The notes beneath the pieces were generated by a model. The model had not been told where the DNA came from and searched no databases. It worked only from the letters and a program-made list of their open reading frames with translations. Position numbers and translations under genes: made by a program. From a virus: a stretch of DNA of 64,000 nucleotides. Shown here piece after piece: positions 26,671 to 35,407 of this stretch (within the stretch, counting starts at the first letter, position 1; each line of letters starts with the position of its first letter). The stretch is from the IMG/VR virus record IMGVR_UViG_3300019760_000006, positions 28,761 through 92,760 of that record, one strand, 5' to 3'.

Positions 26671-29600
26671 CTATACCATTATTTGGGAAATTAGTTAGTG
26701 CTACCGGTCAACCTTATGCTGATGCTGATGCAGTTGAAGTTGACACAACAAACTTTAATAAGAATCTCTCAGCATCAGATGATGAAATACAGAAAGCTTT
26801 AGAGACTATAGATGAGCTTGATATTGGTGGTGAAGTTTTTAATCCTGCTGATCATTCAGTTACAGAGTTTAATGATATCACTGATGCCGGTAGTGGAGAA
26901 ATAATTACTGCTGCTGAAAGACAGCAACAAGAAAATAATACATCTGAAATTACTGCAATAAGAGCAATACTGGCTCAAGAAGAGGTTGTTTATAGATATA
27001 TTGGGAGTATTGCACCAACCATACCGTCCTCGTACAGAGGTGAGTATTATGTTGAGATTGTTAACCCAATAGAAGATATAACAACTACATTACCTAATTT
27101 CGCACACAACGAAAATGCAACTAAATATGGTGTTGTTAATAAGTCGGATACTTACAATGTTATAATAAATTCTCCAAGTGGGTATAGTATTGACGGAGGG
27201 TCTAACTATATTATAAGACCTGATTCATTTGCTTACTTCGTTAAAAAAGATGACACCAGATGGGTTGTTGGGTTATCAGGTACAAACACAGATGAAGCTG
27301 GTATAGAGCTTGATGATGGTGTTAATGACGTTGGTGGCATTAAAAAATTAGTAGTTAATGGGATGAAGGTTGAAGCCATAAACACTACGGATGCCAATTT
27401 AAAATCGTATACAGAACTTATGACTCTTGATGGAGATGGGAATCCAACTCAATACACAGGTCAGGGACACGTTATTGAACTAAACCCGCCATTACGAGCA
27501 TACCCTCACCCTTCAGCACAAGACACCTTGATAATGGATATACAGCAAGGGTATTATGAGAAAGTTCATGTCCCTGGATTCTTAGGATATCTTGGTGATA
27601 CAGAATCAATACTTCCACGTTTCGAAGATGAAAATAAATACTTTAAAGGCGCTCTATTTTTCGAAAATGTCGTAAAAGACAGGGGTGCGTTTATTGAGAT
27701 TGATAGAACTAATAAGGCATACGGCATTCAAGAGTTCGATGGTCTTGACCCTAATGTATCTGGTGGCAATGACTACCTTATTGTATTCAGAGCGGCTTTG
27801 ATCGGGACGGCTCCGAGAGATGGAAATGTCAGGCTTGAGTTGGTGAAGAAAGACGCAGACCCATCAGATCCAGATCTTGGATATATTACAGACAAAAACG
27901 GAAAACCAATTGTTGTTGAGAGAGCTTTCAAATCTGGTCAGCGCCTTGGAATAATGGAAGCCGCAGGAATAGTAAACGTCACTGGATTGCAGGAGTTTAA
28001 GTGTATTGTGACAGATACATTTCAACAGGGTGAGGTTATTCTCGGGGATAGGGCAAATGGTGGTACAGGGTTGTTGATCCAATGCCTTACATCTGAATAT
28101 AAAACAGGTGATGCATTACAGCAGTTTGAATTAGATACTGCTCAAAATCTTGAATACAGCTCTTATTATTTAGGTGCTGATATTATAGATTTCAAGGCTG
28201 ATTTTACCTATCCTGTAGCCGAAACGTTGCTTACAGCGGGAAATATACTTTTTAAAACTCACAACGCACATCTTCTTGCCGGTACTAATTTATTGCATGG
28301 TCAAGGAAACAATCATCTTAATATAAAAGATGACGGTGCGGTTACAATGTTTTCTCTTGATGAGGTTATTGATAATGAAAAGTCGCATACGCTGAAAGGA
28401 AAACCAATGCGCTTTTCTGTCACCATGACAAATGACAACTCTGATTTTGATGCCTATGTCTGCAAGTATACTGGAGACTCTACTAACACAAGGACTTCTA
28501 TTGTAAGTGGATTTAATGGTGATGGTTCTCCTATCTTTCGGTCTGGATGGTCTGTAGCAGACCAATTCTTAATACCACAAACATCATTAGGCACTGATGT
28601 CACAACTAATCACGATTTAGTATTGCCTACTGATGCAAGTATCAATAACTTCGGGTTTTTAATCAAACCAACAACGGCCACCTTCCCGTTTGAATGTGAG
28701 ATAGGAAACCTTAATGCCGAGTGTACTGACCCATTTACAGGCTACTATTTAAAATTACCATCAACCGTTGAAGAAGCTCACCTTGAGTTTGATAAAGAAT
28801 ACAAAGGTTTTTCACTTAACTCTGAAGGCAATCAGACTTTAAGATTTACTATTAACAATCTTCCTATTACCGGAACCCCGATGCCTACGGGAAATCCAGG
28901 AAAAGGATTAGCACCGATTGAAAGCAACTCTTCTGTAGATGATATCCCTCCGCAAGACTCTACATATGGAAGAGCAGGGATTAAGGTTAAAAAAAGCGGT
29001 AGGGTGGATGTTAAAACAGGGTTGAGGCTATACTCTGAAAAATCAACTGATACATCCGTTACATTCTGGTGGGAGATTTATAACGCCGGAGCTGATAACT
29101 TTAAAATAGATGCTTCGGAAACAACTTTTGATATTAAAGCAAACAGTAGCAATATCGCTTATAGCATGAATGAGTGGGGATGGGACGCAACCACAGATAT
29201 GGTCTTCCTGCTTAAAGCTCAAGCAAGTGAGACGGATGGTTCATTTCTTGAATCTTATCTCGGTGGACCAGACATGGTTGACATTGATATCGATTTCAAG
29301 TCTTTGAGCACTGGCGAGTCTGCTGATGAACCAGCCGATGCGATATTCGTAGGTGACGAATTAGACCAGGTATGGGAAATAAAATCAGGCACGGATGGCC
29401 GACTCGAAACGCTACAGGATGGAGAGTTACCAGAGAATACAAATTATCATGTAATCGGGACTGATTTTGATACTAATGATTTTGTGGTAGATCAGTTTGG
29501 TGGCATAACCTTGGTAGACAAACCAATAGCCACAGATTACACAGAGATCAGCGCGGACACAGATCTTGATGGGCCAAGGAACTACATTGTTGATACTCTG

Positions 29601-31010
29601 ACACCTGCCACAACAGTCACCATCAACATACCTTTCGAGGAGACTTCATCTTTCACGGTACGTGACGAGAAAAAGGAGTTTGATGCTTATAACTGTATTG
29701 TGACGATCAGGGACGCATCTGACTCAATTGTCCATACCGCAACTCTGAACAATCGTGATAAAGGGTGGATCTTTTACAACAGTGACGGAACGGAAAACGG
29801 GTGGAATTATGGTGAGATAGGTAAGGGTGGTACAACAGCCATTGCTTCTGATCATGTTGCATCAGTTGACTTTCCTGCTACTGAATTAAGTATTGAAATC
29901 TATGATCCTAATACAATTGCTGATGATGTATTTGATATGGATAATATGGCAGAAAGTGTTACTTCTAAAGTAATGACTGCCGATGAAAGAACAAAGCTTG
30001 GTAATATGTCGAGCAATGGTACTGGTGATCATTGGGTTAGTGGTTTGATGATTGCTGAAGATGATCCAAAGAGTCAGTCATTACAATATAACAACGGTAC
30101 TTATATGATTAATGGTTTTATAAAGACCGTTGCTACTGGTGGTGATTATGACCTTACATCACATTACACTGGATTGACAAGTTATCAACATGCTTTTGTA
30201 ACAATCTATGTTGATGGTGATGAAGTCATAAAATCAACTCGTGGTCCTGCTGCTGATAAGTATGAGCTACCTGATACTGCTGCGCATATTGATGACTCAG
30301 TGACACTTGCTTTCATTGAGATAAAAGTTGATAATGGTGGATTACCAAAAGATATTGGTAATAAAGAAATACAAGATGCAAGATGTTATAACAATCCTAA
30401 CTCTGATGAGTTTGTTAAGGTAAGTGCTGATGACACAACAACAGGTCATTTAATAGATAAACTATCTAACAACGGTAATATTTCATTTACTATTGAGAAT
30501 GTTGGGTCTAACGAAACAATTAAAGCTGATTATTCTGGAAGTTCCAATCCACCAAGACTAAATGCCCATTTGTCAACAAATTTATCACTATCTCTTGAAA
30601 TAGAGACAATTATTGAATTTAACACTGTTGAAAATGCGTTAGATATTTCTTTATCTTCTGGTGAAATAACTTTTACACATGGTGGTAAGTATTGTGGTCA
30701 TTTAATTTTAAGTATTGATGAGGATAGAGATCCAGAAGTTTATGTGTGGGTTGAAAAAAAGCCAATTTCAACCGGTGTGTGGGAGTTAGCCAATAACATG
30801 AGTGTTTTGAAAGTAAAAGAAGACGGGACTTATTTTCTGCCAGGAGATGTAGAAGTAGATAGTGGGGATATTATAAGATTTAAAATTTACTATACAAAAT
30901 CAGATGCAACTGCTGATCTTATTTCAATATCAAAAACTTTTTCTCTTGGGACACTGGTACAAGAATCAGCATCTGTTAGTCTAATAAAGGTTGGGGAGGT
31001 GACACCATAA
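26667..31010 (+). CDS. Large mosaic putative fibre or adhesin protein
   Basis: 1447 aa, acidic, beta-rich; fibre-like short motifs (MTADERTKL, VKVSADDTTTGHLIDKL); C1q/TNF-like C-terminus. Confidence 0.55.
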   Translation: MTIPLFGKLVSATGQPYADADAVEVDTTNFNKNLSASDDEIQKALETIDELDIGGEVFNPADHSVTEFNDITDAGSGEIITAAERQQQENNTSEITAIRAILAQEEVVYRYIGSIAPTIPSSYRGEYYVEIVNPIEDITTTLPNFAHNENATKYGVVNKSDTYNVIINSPSGYSIDGGSNYIIRPDSFAYFVKKDDTRWVVGLSGTNTDEAGIELDDGVNDVGGIKKLVVNGMKVEAINTTDANLKSYTELMTLDGDGNPTQYTGQGHVIELNPPLRAYPHPSAQDTLIMDIQQGYYEKVHVPGFLGYLGDTESILPRFEDENKYFKGALFFENVVKDRGAFIEIDRTNKAYGIQEFDGLDPNVSGGNDYLIVFRAALIGTAPRDGNVRLELVKKDADPSDPDLGYITDKNGKPIVVERAFKSGQRLGIMEAAGIVNVTGLQEFKCIVTDTFQQGEVILGDRANGGTGLLIQCLTSEYKTGDALQQFELDTAQNLEYSSYYLGADIIDFKADFTYPVAETLLTAGNILFKTHNAHLLAGTNLLHGQGNNHLNIKDDGAVTMFSLDEVIDNEKSHTLKGKPMRFSVTMTNDNSDFDAYVCKYTGDSTNTRTSIVSGFNGDGSPIFRSGWSVADQFLIPQTSLGTDVTTNHDLVLPTDASINNFGFLIKPTTATFPFECEIGNLNAECTDPFTGYYLKLPSTVEEAHLEFDKEYKGFSLNSEGNQTLRFTINNLPITGTPMPTGNPGKGLAPIESNSSVDDIPPQDSTYGRAGIKVKKSGRVDVKTGLRLYSEKSTDTSVTFWWEIYNAGADNFKIDASETTFDIKANSSNIAYSMNEWGWDATTDMVFLLKAQASETDGSFLESYLGGPDMVDIDIDFKSLSTGESADEPADAIFVGDELDQVWEIKSGTDGRLETLQDGELPENTNYHVIGTDFDTNDFVVDQFGGITLVDKPIATDYTEISADTDLDGPRNYIVDTLTPATTVTINIPFEETSSFTVRDEKKEFDAYNCIVTIRDASDSIVHTATLNNRDKGWIFYNSDGTENGWNYGEIGKGGTTAIASDHVASVDFPATELSIEIYDPNTIADDVFDMDNMAESVTSKVMTADERTKLGNMSSNGTGDHWVSGLMIAEDDPKSQSLQYNNGTYMINGFIKTVATGGDYDLTSHYTGLTSYQHAFVTIYVDGDEVIKSTRGPAADKYELPDTAAHIDDSVTLAFIEIKVDNGGLPKDIGNKEIQDARCYNNPNSDEFVKVSADDTTTGHLIDKLSNNGNISFTIENVGSNETIKADYSGSSNPPRLNAHLSTNLSLSLEIETIIEFNTVENALDISLSSGEITFTHGGKYCGHLILSIDEDRDPEVYVWVEKKPISTGVWELANNMSVLKVKEDGTYFLPGDVEVDSGDIIRFKIYYTKSDATADLISISKTFSLGTLVQESASVSLIKVGEVTP

Positions 31011-31135
31011 TGTATTGGAAGTGACATATTAAATAGTTAATAGGTAATTGCAGTGGAGGAGTATTGATTAGTATCCATCTTCTCCACTGCTAAATAGAAA
31101 AAAAGGAAGAAAGAAAGAAAGGAGTTATTATGTAG

Positions 31136-31540
31136 ATGGGAGATAATGATAATAGTACTTTTTGGGATAGAGTTTTAGATTATCTTTCTAAGGTTATGTT
31201 ACCTTTGTGTTTAGCTGGTGTGTGTTCTGGTGCTTTTTTTGCTTATGGTTCTATACAGTCTAATAAGATAAATGTAGAACATGTTCAGGCAGACATACAA
31301 CGTGTATCCTCAGAACACAATAGTAGAATAATGGCAAACCAAATTGGTTTAGAAAAGACAAACGAGAAGGTGCATAAAATAGAGGTTCTTTGCGAAAATA
31401 TGTATCGAACTTTGGATAATATAGAAGAGAGAATGAGAAGTAACGATAAGAAAACATATTCTGAACTTAAGAATATAAATAAAACTCTTGCTGTTTTAAA
31501 AGATAGAAGTGAAAGGCAGACAGACAAAGAGATTAATTAA
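31136..31540 (+). CDS. Single-TM coiled-coil protein (holin-like candidate)
   Basis: N-terminal TM VMLPLCLAGVCSGAFFAY then a long coiled coil. Confidence 0.5.
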   Translation: MGDNDNSTFWDRVLDYLSKVMLPLCLAGVCSGAFFAYGSIQSNKINVEHVQADIQRVSSEHNSRIMANQIGLEKTNEKVHKIEVLCENMYRTLDNIEERMRSNDKKTYSELKNINKTLAVLKDRSERQTDKEIN

Positions 31541-31561
31541 TACAGGAGGTGATAGTAATTA

Positions 31562-31927
31562 ATGGCATATGCAGGTGATTTAAAAGTTAATTTTACAAAT
31601 CTAATAGCTAAGTATGGAAGTAGTTATACACTGAAAAGGAAGACAAGTTCTGGAACTCTAATAGACCCTTTGAATCCGACAAAAAGGTATGCAGAAACAG
31701 AAACAACACATACAATTACAGGATTTTTATCAGCTTACGACAAAAAAATGATTAACAAACAACTTGTAGAGATCACAGATATTCCTATGTATGTATCTCC
31801 GACAATTACTTTCAATGGTGATACTGATAAGATTACAGTTAACTCAGACGAATATTCTATTGTTACTATCACACCTTACACAGTAAATAATGATGTGATT
31901 TATTATGAACTACAGTTACGTAAATAA
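31562..31927 (+). CDS. Head closure protein
   Basis: LI.KYG..YTLKR...YSIV......VIYYELQLRK pattern. Confidence 0.7.
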   Translation: MAYAGDLKVNFTNLIAKYGSSYTLKRKTSSGTLIDPLNPTKRYAETETTHTITGFLSAYDKKMINKQLVEITDIPMYVSPTITFNGDTDKITVNSDEYSIVTITPYTVNNDVIYYELQLRK

Positions 31928-31956
31928 CTGTGGATACGTAAATAAAAAGGTAGTAT

Positions 31957-32379
31957 ATGGCTAAATCTTTTAAAACATTCGCAAAAGAATTAGATAAAGA
32001 GTTTGATGTTATCAAAGAGGATATCGAACATAAATACAAACAAACAGCTATTGATTTTCTTGATTATGTAACATCACCTCCACCTAAAGGGACACCAAGA
32101 GATACAGGATTTACTTCTAATAGCTGGCACATATCTCTAAACTCACCTTCATTGAATCATGTAGGTGAACCGAGTACATCAACTGGAGCTAATACAGCTA
32201 AAGCACGACAAGAAGAAAGTATTCATAACTTAGAATTAGCAACATTAGAGAATATTAGAAGTATATTTATCAACAATCCAAATTCATGGATAAGTGACTT
32301 AGATGCTGGAAGTAGTACTCAAAATCCTGGTGGGTTTGTAGCTATGGGGGGACAATATGCCGAATCAAAAATTAAATAA
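31957..32379 (+). CDS. Neck protein (HK97 gp10-like)
   Basis: TPRDTG...NSW, NN..W...L..GSS.Q.P.G.V. Confidence 0.8.
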   Translation: MAKSFKTFAKELDKEFDVIKEDIEHKYKQTAIDFLDYVTSPPPKGTPRDTGFTSNSWHISLNSPSLNHVGEPSTSTGANTAKARQEESIHNLELATLENIRSIFINNPNSWISDLDAGSSTQNPGGFVAMGGQYAESKIK

Positions 32380-32406
32380 AACAATTAGGAGGAGTGAAGG
32401 TATGAA

Positions 32407-32823
32407 ATGACAACATTTTTAGAAGCAAGTAATATAACATTATCACATTTCCTAACTGAATGGAGTTCACCTGGGATGCCAGCAACACTCGTTGCTTTAG
32501 AAGATTTAAAGTTTGATAAACCAAATGCTTTGCCTTGGGTAAGAATGATTATTAAGCAAAATGAAGGGAGAGGACAGACTATTGGTGGTAAGGGGTGTAG
32601 AAGCTTTAAAAGGCTTGGTATGATCCTATTTCAGGTGTTTACACCTCTATATTCAGGTACATATGATGGTAATGATTTATGTGAAAAGATAATTAAGATA
32701 TTTGAAGGTGAGAATATTAATAACATTTCTTATTACAATGCTTTCTTTTCACCAACTGGTCCTGATGGTAATTGGTATCAGTTTAATGGCAATATTGAAT
32801 TTAGTTTTAGTGATAAGAAATAA
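32407..32823 (+). CDS. Tail terminator protein
   Basis: PWVR...G.ILFQVFTP...G...WYQ.N. Confidence 0.75.
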   Translation: MTTFLEASNITLSHFLTEWSSPGMPATLVALEDLKFDKPNALPWVRMIIKQNEGRGQTIGGKGCRSFKRLGMILFQVFTPLYSGTYDGNDLCEKIIKIFEGENINNISYYNAFFSPTGPDGNWYQFNGNIEFSFSDKK

Positions 32824-32848
32824 AATGATTAAAAAGGAGAAATAAAAT

Positions 32849-34324
32849 TTGAGTGCTTCAACAAACGAGACAGTCATAAGTTATTCAGTAGAACAGTCCC
32901 CCGGTGTACTTGCAGGTTCACCAACATTTAAAAGTTTGGAGGTAAATGATATTAGCACCCTTGGTGCTACTATTACAACCACTCCAAGAAATCCAATTGC
33001 AAACACACGTGGTCCTCGTAAAGGGTCACCAACAGATCTTGATAGTTCTGTCGAATTACCGGCAGATCTTACCATTGATTCTTTCCTTGATTTCTCTCAA
33101 GGATTTATGTATTCAAGCTGGTATTCACAAGCAAAGTTTGACCCTACTGCTGTTACATCTACTGGATATACAGTAGGAAGTGGTGGTAATCTTGATGCAG
33201 GTACACTTATCTATGCAAGAAACTTTCAGAACTTAGAGAATAATGGTTTGAAAGTTGTAGGAAGTGCTTCAACATCAACAGAAATTAAAACAACAGGTTT
33301 GGTTGCAGAATCATCTCCTCCTGCTGGTGCAATGGTAGAGGTTGCTGGTTTTCAAGGAGCGAGCGGGGATCTTCAGATTAATGCATCTGGTGATCTAACT
33401 TCAACAGCTTTGGACTTTACTACACTTGGAATTATAGTTGGTCAGAAGATTTATATTGGTGGTAATGAGACAGCTACACAGTTTGCAGGTACTAATAACA
33501 AAGGATTGGCAAGGGTTAGAGTTGTAGAAGCTAATAAACTTACACTTGATCATAGAGATCAAGATTATACTACAGATACTGGTGCAGGTAAAACTATACA
33601 GATTTTTATTGGAAGTTTTATTAGAGATCAGCCTGTTCAAGATCCTAAGTTTTTAAGAGAGACATATACATTTGAAGCAGCTTACGCTGGTCTTGGAGCT
33701 GCAAGTAATGAAAACTGGTATGAGTATGCAAAAGGTAATTATGCAAACACATTTACATTTTCAAACCCTGGTCAAGCTTTATGTACACTAACTATGGGTT
33801 TTGTTGGTTTGGATACAGCAGTTCCGACTCAGACACAAGTATCAGCTACACGAAAAGTTCCTACAAGAACATCTGCTTTTAATACATCTTCTGATTATAC
33901 ACGTATTCGAGTTAATAAAGCAGATGAGACTGGATTGACATCTTATTTTGATAGTTTAGAAATTGCTATTAACAATAATGTAAATGCCCGTAAAGTTCTT
34001 GGAACACTTGGTGCAGCTTTTGTAAACATTGGTTCTCTTGAAGTAACCGGGACGGCAGATGTTATCTTCACCGATACAGGTGTTATTGAAGCAGTTAGAA
34101 ATAACTGTACAGTAAGTCTAAACTATGGGGTGAGAAACCAAGATGGTGCTTTGGACTTCTCAATTCCATCTATGACCCTTGGTGGTGCTGATAAATCATT
34201 TCCAAGAAATGAGAGTATTACACTAAGTATTACAGGTAATGCTTTTACAGACACTTTCTTTGGCTATGTATTTGGCATCACATACTTTCCATACATGCCT
34301 GGGTCTACTGCTGCTGTTTGCTAA
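32849..34324 (+). CDS. Major tail tube protein
   Basis: 491 aa, TTG start, position before chaperones and tape measure, tail-tube-like N- and C-termini. Confidence 0.8.
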   Translation: MSASTNETVISYSVEQSPGVLAGSPTFKSLEVNDISTLGATITTTPRNPIANTRGPRKGSPTDLDSSVELPADLTIDSFLDFSQGFMYSSWYSQAKFDPTAVTSTGYTVGSGGNLDAGTLIYARNFQNLENNGLKVVGSASTSTEIKTTGLVAESSPPAGAMVEVAGFQGASGDLQINASGDLTSTALDFTTLGIIVGQKIYIGGNETATQFAGTNNKGLARVRVVEANKLTLDHRDQDYTTDTGAGKTIQIFIGSFIRDQPVQDPKFLRETYTFEAAYAGLGAASNENWYEYAKGNYANTFTFSNPGQALCTLTMGFVGLDTAVPTQTQVSATRKVPTRTSAFNTSSDYTRIRVNKADETGLTSYFDSLEIAINNNVNARKVLGTLGAAFVNIGSLEVTGTADVIFTDTGVIEAVRNNCTVSLNYGVRNQDGALDFSIPSMTLGGADKSFPRNESITLSITGNAFTDTFFGYVFGITYFPYMPGSTAAVC

Positions 34325-34354
34325 ATTTATTTATATAAATTTATATAAGTTATA

Positions 34355-34487
34355 CCCGACTATTAACATAAAGATTTTGTGTTGATACCTCGCGAGGCAG
34401 GTGGGTGGAGTGTTGTCGGGGCACTCTGCTCACCACTTCTCCAGCTTCTACATGCTACTGAATGTAGACATCTATCCGACAAGATGT
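34355..34487 (+). ncRNA. Structured intergenic RNA with loop-loop/pseudoknot potential
   Basis: Five hairpins; GTCGG loop (34415-34419) complementary to CCGAC at 34356 and 34476. Confidence 0.55.
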
Positions 34488-34539
34488 AAAACAATAACAA
34501 CACAACAAATTTTAAGAAAATTTAAGGAGAAATTTAAAA

Positions 34540-34998
34540 ATGACTAAGAAAGTAACTAAGAAAAATGTATATGCAATGTTTGATATGGATCATAGTGTGG
34601 AAGTAGATGGTTTTTGGAGTGAGTATGGAGATTTCCGTGTGAAGATTGCTCGTATGGGTGGTAAGAACACTGAATATACAAAAACTCTTATGAATCTTGG
34701 TAAGAAGTATCAAGCTGCCGGAAAGACAAACATCCCTGATGACAAACTTGTGGAAATTGGTAATGAGATTATTGCTGATGGAATCATTAAGGGTTGGGAA
34801 GTAAGGGATGATGAAACTGGTGAGTGGGTTCCTGATAAGATGTATGCTTACCCTTCAGGTGATATTGTAGACTATAGTAGAGAAGAAGTTCTTAACATTA
34901 TGAACAATCTTGAAGAACTTAGAAAAGATATTGAAGATAAGAGTAATGCTAAGAGGAACTATCTTAAAGCTTATCAGGAAGATATAGTAAAAAACTAA
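34540..34998 (+). CDS. Tail assembly chaperone (gpG-like)
   Basis: KIARMGGKN..Y motif; ends at slippery site GTA AAA AAC TAA. Confidence 0.8.
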   Translation: MTKKVTKKNVYAMFDMDHSVEVDGFWSEYGDFRVKIARMGGKNTEYTKTLMNLGKKYQAAGKTNIPDDKLVEIGNEIIADGIIKGWEVRDDETGEWVPDKMYAYPSGDIVDYSREEVLNIMNNLEELRKDIEDKSNAKRNYLKAYQEDIVKN

Positions 34999-35384
34999 CA
35001 GAAGTTCTTTCTTGGAATCTTAGGAGAGGGAAGGCATATAGGACGGTTATGGAGGGACATGCAAAGAATCCTAATCGTCCTATACCAGAAGAATTTAAAA
35101 AAGTTCCTGAATTAGGGGAGTTTCTTATTTTTTATTGGGAAGTTTTTTGGGAGTTATCAACAGAGAGACTTGTTGAATGTGGACCTATTCCTGGAAGTAA
35201 AATTCTTCAATACTCTAAAGATTTTGATATTTCATATGATGAATTACAACCAATTATAAGAGCATTAGATGGTGAATATCTGAAATATATACAAGAAGAA
35301 CGTGATAAAAAGACAAGTCCTAAATCTAAAGGAGCTTCTACGATAGAAGATAGAATTGGAAAAGCAAGAAGCAGACAAAGTTAA
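34992..35384 (+). CDS. Tail assembly chaperone extension (gpT-like) via -1 frameshift
   Basis: A-AAA-AAC at 34989-34995; -1 frame open from 34992 into ORF 35049..35384 (FWELSTER...GPIP). Confidence 0.8.
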   Translation, partial: KLTEVLSWNLRRGKAYRTVMEGHAKNPNRPIPEEFKKVPELGEFLIFYWEVFWELSTERLVECGPIPGSKILQYSKDFDISYDELQPIIRALDGEYLKYIQEERDKKTSPKSKGASTIEDRIGKARSRQS

Positions 35385-35407
35385 TGATGGAGGAAGAGAA
35401 ATAAATA

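Noticed and set aside
31050-31090. 12-bp hairpin GCAGTGGAGGAG/CTTCTCCACTGC as a terminator
   Set aside because: There is no U tract on either strand; at most it is an mRNA stabiliser.
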